Assembly (NCBI RefSeq): GCF_006345805.1
Contig: NC_043005.1
Span: forward strand, 107,198,001 to 107,262,000
Direction: 5' to 3'
DNA length: 64,000 bases
From: Octopus sinensis
Lineage: Eukaryota
In this document: in pieces, positions 1 through 13,681 of the stretch
How the letters are laid out: every line of letters starts with the position of its first letter
How positions within the stretch are numbered: position 1 is the stretch's first letter
Position numbers and translations under genes: made by a program
The notes under the pieces: model-generated
What the model saw: the letters and a program-made list of their open reading frames with translations, nothing else
Told to the model about the DNA's origin: nothing
Database searches by the model: none

Positions 1-429
1 GCTTACTAGACAAGAATGAGCTGGGATACATCAACAGAAGATATACAAAGGAGGAGGAAAAGAAATATTTAATATGAGAGAATAAGAGAAAGAGATAGAG
101 AGGCAGAGAAGGGGAGAGAGCAGAACACAGCAGAGAACACAATACAAACGATGTGAGGTTTAGGCCTTACTATACACAGAGTATGTGATCATATTAAATG
201 AGTCATCGTGACATTTTCAGAAAATATTTACTGATATGCATATCGACAAATAAGAAAAAAACAAGAAACTTATAAATATTGGAGACACAGACACGGTTTG
301 TATATAAGAATATAAAGAAAACAGATAGAAATATCAAACCGATAGATATACAGATAGACAGACACTTAGATACGAAGATGAATAGATGTAGCTACATAGA
401 AATAGTTATAAAACTTCATTACTATATAA

Positions 430-1100
<671 letters not shown>

Positions 1101-1314
1101 AGACATAAACCATGACTTCCAGTACATCGATCTACAGATTTGATAGCTGCATAGATACATACATTGATTGATTGGTACATGGATAGAGTGATAGATGGCT
1201 TGTCAGATCATATGACACAAAGTGTGAAAGTGTGAGACAAAGGGAAAAAAAAATATAATGTGAGTCAATCTGAAAGAGAACGAAAGGTAGAATCAGAGAG
1301 GGGGATTAACAGAT

Positions 1315-1610
<296 letters not shown>

Positions 1611-2393
1611 TTGTACGTATTGACAAAGAGCAATGCAAAGGGAATGAGAGCCGGAGAGATAAGACTGAGCGCAGAGAATAGTGAGTGAGGGTTAGGAAGA
1701 GTAAGCGAATGAAAGACAATTGGAAATTGAAACTCAATCCGATAAAGAACAATAAAAATGTCTGTTTCATTTGGAAGCTGCATGTAAAATTACATCGATT
1801 GGTCAACAACAACTGACCGCTCTATGAATTATGTCCCTAGTGAAGGGACTTGCCGCTTGTTTGATGTCCATCCGTCACCCTGTTATCAAAGGATTTAATG
1901 GGCTGAATCTAGCTTTTTATGACTGAGCACTTCCAACAGCGCGGCCATGTTTTTTGAATGTGAATCTCCTCGTAAGCTACACATGCATACATACATACAT
2001 ACATACACACAACACATACACACACTCACACACACATACACACATGAATGTATACATAAATACATGTATATACGCATGAACACGCACACAGACATACATA
2101 CATATATGCGATCTGTCATACGTACATGCATGTGTATGTTTGCTTCTGTGCGTGTGTATGTGCATATGCTTTTAAAACACATACCTTTCTGTACATGATT
2201 GTATGTGCATTCGCAGGTTCATGAAAGAAATATGCACATGTGCACATATGCATATAGACATAGAGATACACTTTCCCGAAAATGCTAATGAGGTACTCTG
2301 TTATGGCTGCGTGCGCGCGATCTGTATAGGTTGGCGTGTGTACGTGTAGAAACTAATTCAACGGTTCAAACAGACAGGCATTATACACACACA

Positions 2394-2451
<58 letters not shown>

Positions 2452-2999
2452 GACATACGTGTATATGAAAGAAATACAATTTATCCTAAATATAAACACA
2501 CATTCAAACATACATACAAAATATGCAGTAATATACACTCAAGCATACAAGCTGTGTCAATATATATTCATATGCATATGGTGTGTGTGTGTGTGTTTAT
2601 ACATGTTTTATAATTGTTCACAATATCTACGTGTTTTCGAATACTTTACGTTTTTCATCCGGAATTTCTCTCTGTGTCTCTATATTTATACGTTCTCATC
2701 GATATATTTATCGACTAGCTATCTATATATATATATCGATCTCTCTGATTATCAGTATATTATTTCTATTTATTACATTTTATTATTGTCTATATATGTA
2801 TCTATCTATCTGTCTATCTGCCAATCAATCTATCAACTCACTTATCTCTGTATACATTTTACTATGTAGCTATCTATTCATATAACTGGCAATCTATATA
2901 TTCATACATGCAAAAACTCACTCAGACATACATACGCATACATATTCACAAACATTTCCGAGTTTGTGTGTATAGCCTAAAACGTGTAGATATTTAAAA

Positions 3000-3460
3000 G
3001 GACACAGCATGTCCAGTCAAATGAGAGTGGTCTCAAAATTGCGCAGCCTATACATTCGTATGGATGGTTGTCCTGGGTATGGCTTTAAAACTCATCCACT
3101 TGAGAGTTTTTCATATGGAATTTCCGAGGTTTTCAGAAGGGTGGAACCACGTCCTTGCCACTAATGGTCTACTATGAGCCGGAGTTGTAGCCCCTCTTAA
3201 GCGTCGTAGCTATGTGGTAAGTAGTACGTGAACTACTGCGAATGAAGCGCTCCTAACTCGCGTCAAACCTTCCTTCTAGAAGCTAAACTCGTATAAAAAG
3301 AAGACCAAAAGAGCAGTTGGTTTCTGGTTGTCCCCGCCAGTTTTGTGCCTCTTTTATTATAGCTGATTGCACCGAGAGTGAGTTCAGCACTGTGCAGCTT
3401 CTTATCCACTCAAAAGAAATTCACGCACAAGAATTTCTTGGTCTCTTAGTAAATTTGCAT
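3000..3460 (-). mobile_element. Highly decayed RTE-like LINE RT fragment
   Basis: Manual minus-strand translation gives ..EILVREFLLSG*EAAQC*THSRCNQL (like RTE 'vRelLfADDaAl.ahse..lQ.l') and a GHAV-like motif near 3010; many stops and frameshifts. Confidence 0.35.
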
Positions 3461-4212
3461 GGATTTACCGAGTGTAAGAAGTGGTCTTACTCTGTCACGT
3501 ATTGACTTCTACTGTGTATACATACTGGATGCAATACTTATGCAAAGTATTCTTAAATACATTATAACAGAAGCGGTTCTTGTTTCTCAGTTACTCGTTA
3601 TCGATCATCAACTGGTAATCCGAAACTGCATTTCTTTTGTAATATTCACTGCTTAAACAGTTTTTTTGTAATATAACATGTAAGTTTAAAGAAAATGCTT
3701 ATCATTTTATGTTCTTTTGTTGAAAACAAATACATGAAAATTGCGACTAACTTACGAGTGAATAGACATACATAAGCGTATGATAGAAAATATTTATTTG
3801 TGTAAGTAATGCAGAAAGGGAATTACACTTAAATGTGCATGTGTTTAGGGTGAGATGCGAAATGGTAATATTCAGAGCAAAATACATGAGCTGAGTGAAT
3901 GCTAACGAGAATTTAAACGAAATCGCAGTTAGTTTATTTGATAGGTTCCACGTCTTTCAATGGATGGGAGCGCTGTTCCGACAGTGTATAGCCATGCTAG
4001 ATATAAGATTATTAACATCATAATGATAATTCTGATATGTATTTGCGTGTGAGTATGTCTATGTTAGAACTTGACCTGTTCACCTGAAGTATAACCGCCT
4101 CCTGGTTTGTTCACTGTATCATAATACAAATGATACAGCGAAGACGAAAATATTAAACACATGATTACAAATTCTGCAAGAAATATAATATGTATATATA
4201 TAGATATATCTG

Positions 4213-4261
<49 letters not shown>

Positions 4262-4412
4262 GTCTGTGTGTATATATGTAAGCATATATATATATGTATA
4301 TATATGTGTATATATATAGGTTTAAATAAGGGTTACAAACATCAGTAAGGGATCGTAAAATCCACTGAAAATACTGGTTAGCTACCTATTAAAAGTGTTG
4401 AATATTACAATT

Positions 4413-4733
4413 AATACATTATTTATATTTTACCGATATTTGTCTTCATCTTCTTTGTTAACACGGCGTTTTGGCTGATATACCCTCCAGCCTTCATCAG
4501 ATGTCTTGGGGAAATTTCGAAGCTGCGTTCTCATTCCTAAGGTATTTTTTGATGTTATTAATTATTATTATTATCATCATCATCGTCATCATCTTTATTC
4601 AGGTCACTGAATGGAATCGAACTCGGAATCTTGGGGTTAGTAGCCCACGCTCTTAGCCACTACGCCAGATACCCGTCAAATGTAAATCATGAAATTAATG
4701 TACATAATTCCTCATATCTTAAATATAGAACTG
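4413..4733 (-). mobile_element. tRNA-headed SINE with Penelope-type hammerhead motif and inverted terminal segment
   Basis: Minus strand: tRNA-like head 4674-4601 (A box TGGCGTAGTGG, B box GAGTTCGATTCC), ATG/ATA simple-repeat spacer, then GACAT-CTGATGA-AGGCTG..CAGCC-AAAACGCCGTGTT (4505-4459). A plus-oriented copy of the element's own 3' end lies at 4673-4733. Flanked by direct repeat TATTACAATT (4403-4412, 4734-4743). Confidence 0.8.
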
Positions 4734-4852
4734 TATTACAATTGATATTCAACAGTAAGGGAACTAGATAAACCGTGGTTTATATATATTTTAAGGCGAT
4801 CAGAAAATAGAGAGATAATTAATAATTATTTATTAATTTAAAATTAGATATC

Positions 4853-4939
4853 ATCTCTGACAGCTGTTTCGATTCCAGGCCTTTAGAAATTCATTACCAC
4901 AATTAAAACAATTTAAATGTCGAATCTCATTAGAAATCT
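4853..4939 (-). ncRNA. Type I hammerhead ribozyme-like motif (mutated core), Penelope pLTR-like
   Basis: Minus strand: ATTT-CTAATGA-GATTC..(long loop)..GAATC-GAAAC-AGCT-GTC-AGAGAT; palindromic stem III ACAGCTGT, GUC cleavage triplet; core CUGAUGA reads CUAAUGA. Confidence 0.6.
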
Positions 4940-5959
4940 TTCTAAAGATATATAATTACGTGTTCATATTCCTGCTTGTTGATGTCTAATTTTTTGATTA
5001 ATGAATAATTATCATTTCTCTATTTTCTTATCTTTTTAATATATATATATATATATGTATGTATGTACGTATATATATAGTTGCTTGGAAATGGAAGCAT
5101 GGCAATCAATTAAATAATAATACAATTAGTATATACACATCATAACCTTCTTGATGCGACTCTACTCTATACTGTTTTCTCCTCCGTCCATCGCTACTTC
5201 CCTTTTCTTGCCTTCACTGTTTTCTATCTGTCTGTCTCTCCCCCTCTTTCTCTTTTTCTCTCTCTCGTTGCTCACACGCGACCATCATCCGTCTTTCTTT
5301 TCCTCGCGTGGCCATCTTTATTTTCCTGCAGGACGTCCTAAGGACTGGACGAATTCTATCTCTCTCTTCCATCTTGTCTCTTTTTAAAGAAAATATTTCT
5401 CCTGCGTTAGCTATTTTACCCTCGCTCTGGTCTAACGACCCTCTAGGTTTGTTTTCGTTCGGTTTCCTTATATATCTCTACTGTCCTGTTTTTGTTCCCA
5501 ACATTGACCCTCCATAAATCCCAAATTTTATTTTGGTATTATGGGAGCAACTCACTTGGAAGACTCATATTGTCATTCAATGCTCGAAATAAGGAGTAGA
5601 TAGACAACCGACAACTGATGAAGAGTCATTCTTTGCTACTTTTTACTTGTCCTCATTTCCATTTTTCTCTCTTTATTTGCGTATTTAACTCAGTCGTTTT
5701 CGTATTGCATGTTGTTTGCTGTTGGTGACGCCCTGTACACACATATGCATATATATATGTAAGTATAAGATCGTTAATTTAAAATAAGGATAAGGTTAAA
5801 TAAAGATAAGATCGTTAATTTAAAATAAAATAACGAACTCATCATATATATTATATATATATATATATAAAACATACAGGACAATTTGAAGAGCTCACGT
5901 GACAACCTACTAAGGGCAATGGAACACATCTGTAGCAGGGGAGAATTTCGCCTAGTTGA

Positions 5960-6310
5960 GTGTGATATGGTAGTAGAGCGGTGAAGTAGACAGCCATAAA
6001 ATGAAAAAGGCAGATTTCGGAAAATGGGGGCAGCAAAGAACTACACTAGATAGCTATAAGGGAAACTAAGCAATAAGTTTATTTAGTAAGAGCAGAAGCA
6101 GAAAACAAAGGCTTGTCAATGTCTTATTGCATGAGGGTCAGAGGCATGGAATGGATGGACAGCGCTTTGCTTGCACTTAATAATACTGTAAAGGAAGAAG
6201 CATAGAAGTGCTACTTGAGAATGCATAGGAACAAGACAGACCCCTGGATGTTGACCCAACAGAGGGACCAGTTGTCATAGTTGATGGCAGTATGATAAAT
6301 AAATTTAGTA
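5960..6310 (+). mobile_element. Decayed RTE-like LINE fragment (APE-RT linker)
   Basis: Manual translation gives ..VYLVRAEAE.. and LDVDPTEGPVVIVDGSMINK, resembling the RTE linker just before the KAPG motif; frameshifted. Confidence 0.5.
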
Positions 6311-7311
6311 AATTGCTTAAATAGCAACGCAATTTCATAACTTAGATTGCATGGAGTTTATGACTTATATTTTAATATTACCACGAGAAGCAGAAATGAA
6401 ATGAAAAGCGTAAGATTGAAGCCGCCATTTTTGTACGTGTCGTTCACAAAGGTTTTTAAGCAAAGAACATAAGGATAAGCGTTTCTTTCGAACTTACATT
6501 TTGATATTTGATAAACAATTCAGGTCGGGAATATTCTAAAGAAAACAAGCTTAGTTAACCAGATGCTGATCAGAAACGAGGAACTCGGAGTATTGCAAAT
6601 CGGAACCTTTCAGTTATAATGTATCAAAGAATATTCTATATTTCTATCGAGTCCTATGTTTATCGCTTGATCGCTTCTGTTGAACCAACAGATATTTTTA
6701 CACAGACACACACACACGCGCGCGCGCGCACACACACACACAACACAACACACACATACACACAAACACAAACACACACACACACACAAGTACATTCACA
6801 ATTTATATTCATGAATTAACGACAATTAAACTGGAACTGGGTAATCGCTTTCTTTTACTTACTGCTACCACAGAGTTGATTATCAGTGGAATATCTAATA
6901 GCTTACTCAGAGCAATTTGTATACAGTTCTTTGTAGCAGAAACTGCTGTAAGCAAATGAAAGTGATTACGAATCTCTTGTTCTTTTGTCATTAATTAATT
7001 GATTCCTGTTATGCTCGGTACAGACGTGCTGGGTCACATAAGTGTCCTGAGCGGAGAACTTCTGACAAATCATGTATAAGTATATTGGGTTCTAACAACT
7101 AGTTATTGCTAGCGCTAGGCCTAGGCCGACATACACACATATATTTGTATATACATACATATATACATACACACACACAGACAGACGCACACATGTATAT
7201 GTATTTACATGTATGAATATACAGATAAGTGCGGATCTATACATACGCACACATATGTATGTATTACATGATTGCATATGTGTGTGTGCATGTATGTATA
7301 TATAGATATGT

Positions 7312-7634
7312 GAGGGCGCGTGGGTTAGTGGTTAGGGCATTCGGCTCATGATCGTAAGGTTGTGAGTCCGATTCCCGGCGACGCGTTGTGTCCTTGAGCA
7401 AGACACTTTATTTCACGTTGCTCCAGTCCACTCAGCTGGCAAAAATGAGTTGTACTTGTATTTCAAAGGGTCAGCCTTGTCACTCTCTGTGTCACGCTGA
7501 TTATCCCCGAGAACTACGTTAAGGGTACACGTGTCTGTGGAATGCTCAGCCATTTGCACGTTAATTTCACGAGCAAGCTGTTCCGTTGATCGTATCAGCT
7601 GGGACCCTCGTCGTCGTAACCGGCGGAGTCTTTT
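7312..7634 (+). mobile_element. tRNA-derived SINE with CORE/Meta-like central domain (full length)
   Basis: Head GAGGGCGCGTGGGTTAGTGGTTAGGG..GAGTCCGATTCCCGG (A/B boxes), then GTTGTGTCCTTGAGCAAGACACTTTA; related head at 20645-20717 (-) and related 3' end at 56295-56346 (-). Confidence 0.85.
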
Positions 7635-7739
7635 GAATATATAGATATGTATTTATATATATATGTAAGTATAAATGTATATATATGTATGTTTGCTTGT
7701 ATATTTATATATGTGTTTGTATATATATACATAAACACA

Positions 7740-7756
7740 CATATATACATATATAC

Positions 7757-7793
<37 letters not shown>

Positions 7794-7822
7794 TATATAT
7801 AGATAGATATATATAGAAAGAC

Positions 7823-7882
<60 letters not shown>

Positions 7883-7962
7883 TGATAGATTCATAACTAC
7901 ATACATACATGAATACATATATACAAAAACATACATACATAATGAATACATACAGACATATA

Positions 7963-8047
<85 letters not shown>

Positions 8048-8052
8048 ATATA
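7740..8052. repeat. (TA)n/(GA)n/(GATA)n compound microsatellite
   Basis: Visible tandem runs. Confidence 0.95.
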
Positions 8053-8821
8053 CTTATATACGTACTTGCATACATAATACACTACCAATGCTTTCAACTT
8101 CGTCCAACAGTTCTCTTTTATTTGTTTTCCTCTTTACCTCCCCTTTTCCCGTTATCATGTCTCTATCTCCTATTTTCTTTTACTCGTTTTGTACGGTATT
8201 CCCCTATATTTTCTATCCTTCCCCACTTCTCTTATTCTGCATAACAATATCTACATTTCTATTTACCTTACTGCTCGCTTTTTACCGTTTACTTCCCTTT
8301 CTCTATACTCCACTGTTTCCCTGTCGTTTAATAACCGTCTCTGTTCCCCTTCTCCATGTATCTTTCCATTGCTCGCTTTCCATCATCGTTCTAGAGTTTC
8401 TCTTTCACATTCTTTCTGTCTTCCTTCTTATGTCTTTATCTTAAACTTTCTCGTCTTTTGGTACGTCCCTTTCTACTTCTCTTCCCCTTTAGGGCCCCTC
8501 CCTGTTTCTTAGTCTCTGTCTTTCTTTCAACCCACTGTTACGCTTTTCTTCTCTCCTCTCCTAAAACGTAGCACATGGCCATACTGAGCGCTCTCTTCGA
8601 CAGTTAGGCTTTTCTGTTTGATTCCAGCTCCTGTTTTTCTAAGTTCTTTTTTAAATCGAGTTCCAGCTCATAGTTTTACGGTGCTTAAATATATTTGACG
8701 TAATTTTTACGTTTATTTTAAAATTCGAAATGACCGCGTTCTTTCCTGCATGCCTACTCTAAATTCTGTCGTATAGCCAAAAGGCATTCTATGTATACAA
8801 ATATTAGAGTCGTTTATTATA

Positions 8822-9174
8822 CAGGGTGATTCAAAAGTCCCCATACATAGGAACAATTTATCGTTTTATAAGAAACAGTTTATAAGAACAGTTTCTTTCG
8901 TTTTTTATTTAACAGGCTCTTTATGGTTACCATTGTTTTGAATACACGTTGCAATACCTTTACCCCAACTCATTGAGAACTCTTAATAGCACATCTGGTG
9001 ATACGTGTGCAAAGGAGTTGGTGATGCGTTCCTTCAAATCCTTTATGTCTTCTATCTTTCTGTGATACACCATGCCTTTCAAATACCCCCAAAGATAGAG
9101 ATCAAGAAAGCTAAAGGATCATATAAACTGTTTCTTATAAAAATATAAATTTTTCTATGTATTGAATCACCCTG
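8822..9174 (-). mobile_element. Tc1/mariner-superfamily internal-deletion derivative
   Basis: TIRs CAGGGTGATTCAA / TTGAATCACCCTG with TA duplication on both sides (8820-21, 9175-76); minus strand retains transposase C-terminus LDLYLWGYLKGMVYHRKIEDIKDLKERITNSFAHVSPDVLLRV. Confidence 0.9.
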
Positions 9175-9225
9175 TATATTTAGTTTTCCGTTACTGATTT
9201 TGTTTTTGCGCTGAAAGTTTCATGT

Positions 9226-9741
9226 TCCCGTTCGTCGGACGGTTTTGTTTAGAATGGAACAAAAATAGGCTTATATGCATAAATATGCAATTAGTTTGAT
9301 AGAAACACATTTTGATAGAAACACATTTCTTTGCTCTTTTCAACTAACGGTCTTTTCAATAACCGGTTGCATGAAATAACAAATTGCAGTTTAGAATCAT
9401 ATTATTATAAAAAATCGAAGAAAACCTTAAATCAAAAATAGCTTATAAAAAAGGAAAAGGTCTAAATACCCAGGGTACATAATTAGCTTTAAAATATTAA
9501 TAAATTAATAAATTTAAAGATATATCCGTTTAAAAATGTTTTCGTACTAGATTTCATATACGTTTAGCAGTATATCCACATACACACATGTTATTGCATG
9601 CAACCAGTTATTGAAAAGACCGGTAGTTGAAAGGACCACAGAAACCAGACCATTTTCAAATGTGTATCTATCGAACTAATTGTATATTTATGCATATAAC
9701 CTTCTTTTTGCTCCATTCTAAACAAAACTGCCCGGCTACGT
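9226..9741. mobile_element. Long-TIR (~150 bp arms) MITE/foldback element
   Basis: GTTTTGTTTAGAATGGAACAAAAA..TATATGCATAAATAT..GGTCTTTTCAATAACCGGTTGCATG (9241-9380) is mirrored at 9588-9730; no coding capacity seen. Confidence 0.8.
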
Positions 9742-9784
9742 AAAACTCTGAGTAACAGCTTTGGTGAAAGTTTTGCTGCTTTTT

Positions 9785-12020
9785 ATACATACATGGATGC
9801 TAAAAGACCTTCAATTTGCTAAAGTTCCAGCGTCAGCATAGTCAAAGTTACAGCTGAGGTGATTTCATCGTGGGCCACCATCGTGAAATTAAACACATAG
9901 AACGACTATATTATCACTGATAGAATATAGTATCGAAAAGTATTGCAAGGGGACAGCCTGTCTGTGATGTTGATTATACTTTCTCTAAACCCCTTGTCAT
10001 TTATGTTAGGGAAATCTGAAGGATATCTCACTGGTTCACAAGGAAATAGTAATATCAACATTACACACTGTTTGTGAATGACTTGAAACTTTATGCTAAG
10101 AATATGTATGAGATGAAAAAGAGCCTTGATCTAGTTACAACATTCTCATAGGATGCAGGGTTGGAGTTTGCTCAGGATAAAATTTGTTACATGTTTGTGG
10201 AAAAGGAGAAAACTGTAAACCAGACTAGCAGCATCTCCATCATTGATTTGACTGTTACCCCTATATCTGACTGAAGTATTTAGGGGCGAAAGAAGACATA
10301 TCTTACAATGGTACTTGTAACAAAACACGTGCCACTAAAGAATATTACAGCCTAAGAAAAAGAAACTGAGGCCTCAGAACTCTCTGCATTCAATAAAACA
10401 GTGGCCCACAATGTGCTTGCAGTGGCATTACTCATACCAACATTTGGGCTGCTTCATTGGATGCTTAATGATATCTGAGCCATTCATGTGAAAACCCGAA
10501 AATACTAACAAGCACATATAATTTCCACATAAACAGTGACGTAGACCACCGCTACGTAAAACGAAAAGAAGGCGGTAGAGGCTTAACAACGATCCAAAAT
10601 GGATTTGAATGTCGCATCATATCTGCCCGGCACATATTTGTGCTTAACCACCAGGTGTTGAAGTACATTCCTTGACTAAGTTTGCATACATGAGGCTGAT
10701 AAGATCATAAGACTTAAAAGGCAGCTCCATGAACAATACCCTTTATCTGATAACCTACAATACATGCCCAAAGAAGTCGCACGACTCTACTACAATGTAT
10801 CATCAGATGAAAGGATGAGCCTATAGGAGAGGAGACTATGCATGGATATGTTAGTAGAAAAGCCCCGAGATGTTCAGCAAAATCTTCTAACCAAGAAGAC
10901 TCGAAGTGCATACATCTACCAAGATTGCATACATAAGACTTGGAAGGCAGCTCCTTGCGCAGCATTCCTTGTGTGATAAACTTACATACATACCCAAAAA
11001 AGTCGCACGACTCTACCGTAACGTGTGATTAGATGAAAGTGTGAACCTGTGTGAGCAGAAGATTATGCATGAGTATGTTAGTAGAAAACTCTGAGATGAT
11101 AGTAACATTGTTCATCAAAGCAGTTTATCATGGAACAACAACCAGATTACTACCTCCTACTTTGAAGGGTATGCGTTTGCTATCCAAGAACAGGAAATGT
11201 CAACCAAGTACCAGATGCACAAAAGGAATAGAGATACAGGAAAAGCTGTAAAATGTGGCAACCGATGTAGACTTTGTGGAGTTCATACTGAAGATATCAC
11301 CCACATCATAAGTAGTTGTCCGGAAATGTCATCGCGGCATTATCTACCGATGAGAGATGATGTTGTAGCTAGGACACTCTATAAGGAAATCCGTCGGTAG
11401 GATAATCCGGAGGACAAAGAAATAAGAACCCACAATATGGTAGAAGACATAGCCACTCATAATAGAAAGGAATACAGGTGGAATATACCCGTGAAGATCT
11501 CAATAAAATGTAAGCACAACAGACTTGATATAATGATTAAGGTTAGAGGAGAAAATTTGTGCACAGTTGTAGAAATTAGCTGCGCATGCGGCTGTTCACA
11601 TAGAGTTGAAGATCAGTGGAAATGGGAATACCTACGCTGAACTATTGAGAAATCTGCAGTTACTCCATCCAGATTACAAGTTCAGGTTTATACCTGTAAT
11701 TATTGGGGTCCTTGGATATGTAACACACTGCCTAAATACCAGTCTTGAGAAATTAGGCTTCTCAAAACCAGAAAGGTGAAAGCTAATTCGAAGAATACAG
11801 ATCCAATCCATCACTGGAACTGCAACAATTTGTAAGACTTTCCTGAAATTTATCATTTAAATATATATATGAGCATGTCTAGATATGCAACTATATGCAT
11901 GAAAATACATATATAAAACATACAAATCTGCACATAAACATACATACATACATGCATCCATCTATCCATTCATACATACATACATACATACATACATACA
12001 TACATACATACATACATACA

Positions 12021-12056
<36 letters not shown>

Positions 12057-12170
12057 TACATACATACATACCTTGTTGATGTTGAGATTCAAATAAAGAA
12101 ACCTGGGATCTAGGTTAGAAACAAGCTCTTTCCCTATTGGCAAGTGATACATACATACATACATACATAA
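9785..12170 (+). mobile_element. Decayed, 5'-truncated R4/Dong-like non-LTR retrotransposon with (TACA)n-rich 3' end
   Basis: Frameshifted motifs VLQGDSLSVMLIILSLNPLS (~9940), FVNDLKLYA (~10075), EGGRGL (~10570), FEGYAFAIQEQE (~11161), CRLCGVHTEDITHIISSC (CCHC), KHNRLDIMI..VVEISC (RLE) and TGTATICKTFLKFII* (stop ~11859); 3' UTR contains and ends in (TACA)n. Confidence 0.85.
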
Positions 12171-13056
12171 ATATAAACACAAATATATACACACCAGTTA
12201 CATACATGTTATTCGTGTGACAAAGTACATACTTTTTCTATCAGTGACATATTTTCTTTACAGTTTCCATATCTCTCTCATATGTATATGTTTATCGTGT
12301 TTTCTATATCCAAACTCAGAAACGCTGAAAATATCCCATAACAAAAATCTGTACGAATCCATTGGTTATTGCTAACGGAAAAAAGACATTTCAATCCCTA
12401 TGCCACTTACGATATCACTGTCTTAGAAGCGATCGAATGTTAGAAAAATAGAAGTGAAACAATGTGTAGATATTTGAAATTTGTAATTGTTTTAAAATGC
12501 ACGTGAATGGAGTTTTAAATAAGCTTCGAGAATACAAAGTAGAGATTATACATCATTGAAAATACATTACTTTGAGAGGGATTATACTTTGTATTAGTGA
12601 GAGTTTGTCTAAACATGCGCTTGTGCGAAATATTCGAGCGTGATTTATGGTGCGATTGATTTGGTTTCGTAGTTGAAGAGAAAATGATTGAGATAAGGAT
12701 AAGAAATATATGTAGAAAACATACGGGTATAAGTATATATAAATGTGTGCATGTGTGTATATGTGCGTGTGTGTGTGTGTGTGTGTGTCTCTCTGTGCAT
12801 ATGTGTAAGTGTGTGTCAGTGTGTGTTACCAATATATTTGGTCATAGATACATATATCAAATAACAGCTTCACTCATTCGAACGTTACTTGAAGTTTCGT
12901 GGGTAAAGAAAGTTCCAGTTGAACTGGACCAAGCTGTTTTACAGATATATCGTTAAAGATTTAGAGAAACATATTTGATATCGTAAAATTAAGCGTACAT
13001 ATATATTTTTGTACTTAGTCAATATCTTCATATCCGTTCTTCATTTTTAAGATCCA

Positions 13057-13117
<61 letters not shown>

Positions 13118-13644
13118 CAGACTTATTCGTATACAAGTATGCCTGTATATATGCATGCATATATATATTATATATATATAAGTATGTATGTATATGTGTA
13201 TATATGTATATGTGTATGTGTATACATATATATATATGTGTGTCTACATATGTATGTATGAATATGCTTATATATATATACATATACACATACATCCTAA
13301 CGCACACGCGCGCAAACATGAGCAAGCCCACTGAGACACCTCTTAGATTCTATTATATTAAGCATTCTCACCTCTCCAGTTAGCAGGAAAGAAACAAAAA
13401 GCATTTCGAAACGAAAGGAGGAACACACTTTGGAACGATTAAAAAAACAGAAACTGCATATAAACAACATATACAGACATATGTCCATATAGCTCTGTGC
13501 GCGCACACCCATATGTAAACGTATATGTATGCATGTATGTATATAAATATATATATATATAACTGTCTATCTATCTATATATATATATAATATAAACACA
13601 CATATGTATATATGCATACATGCATATAGATATATACGTATGCA

Positions 13645-13681
<37 letters not shown>

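Noticed and set aside
4601-4674. Functional tRNA genes (also 7312-7380, 20645-20717, 56431-56500)
   Set aside because: Acceptor stems do not close properly, and the heads continue into, or match, SINE bodies.
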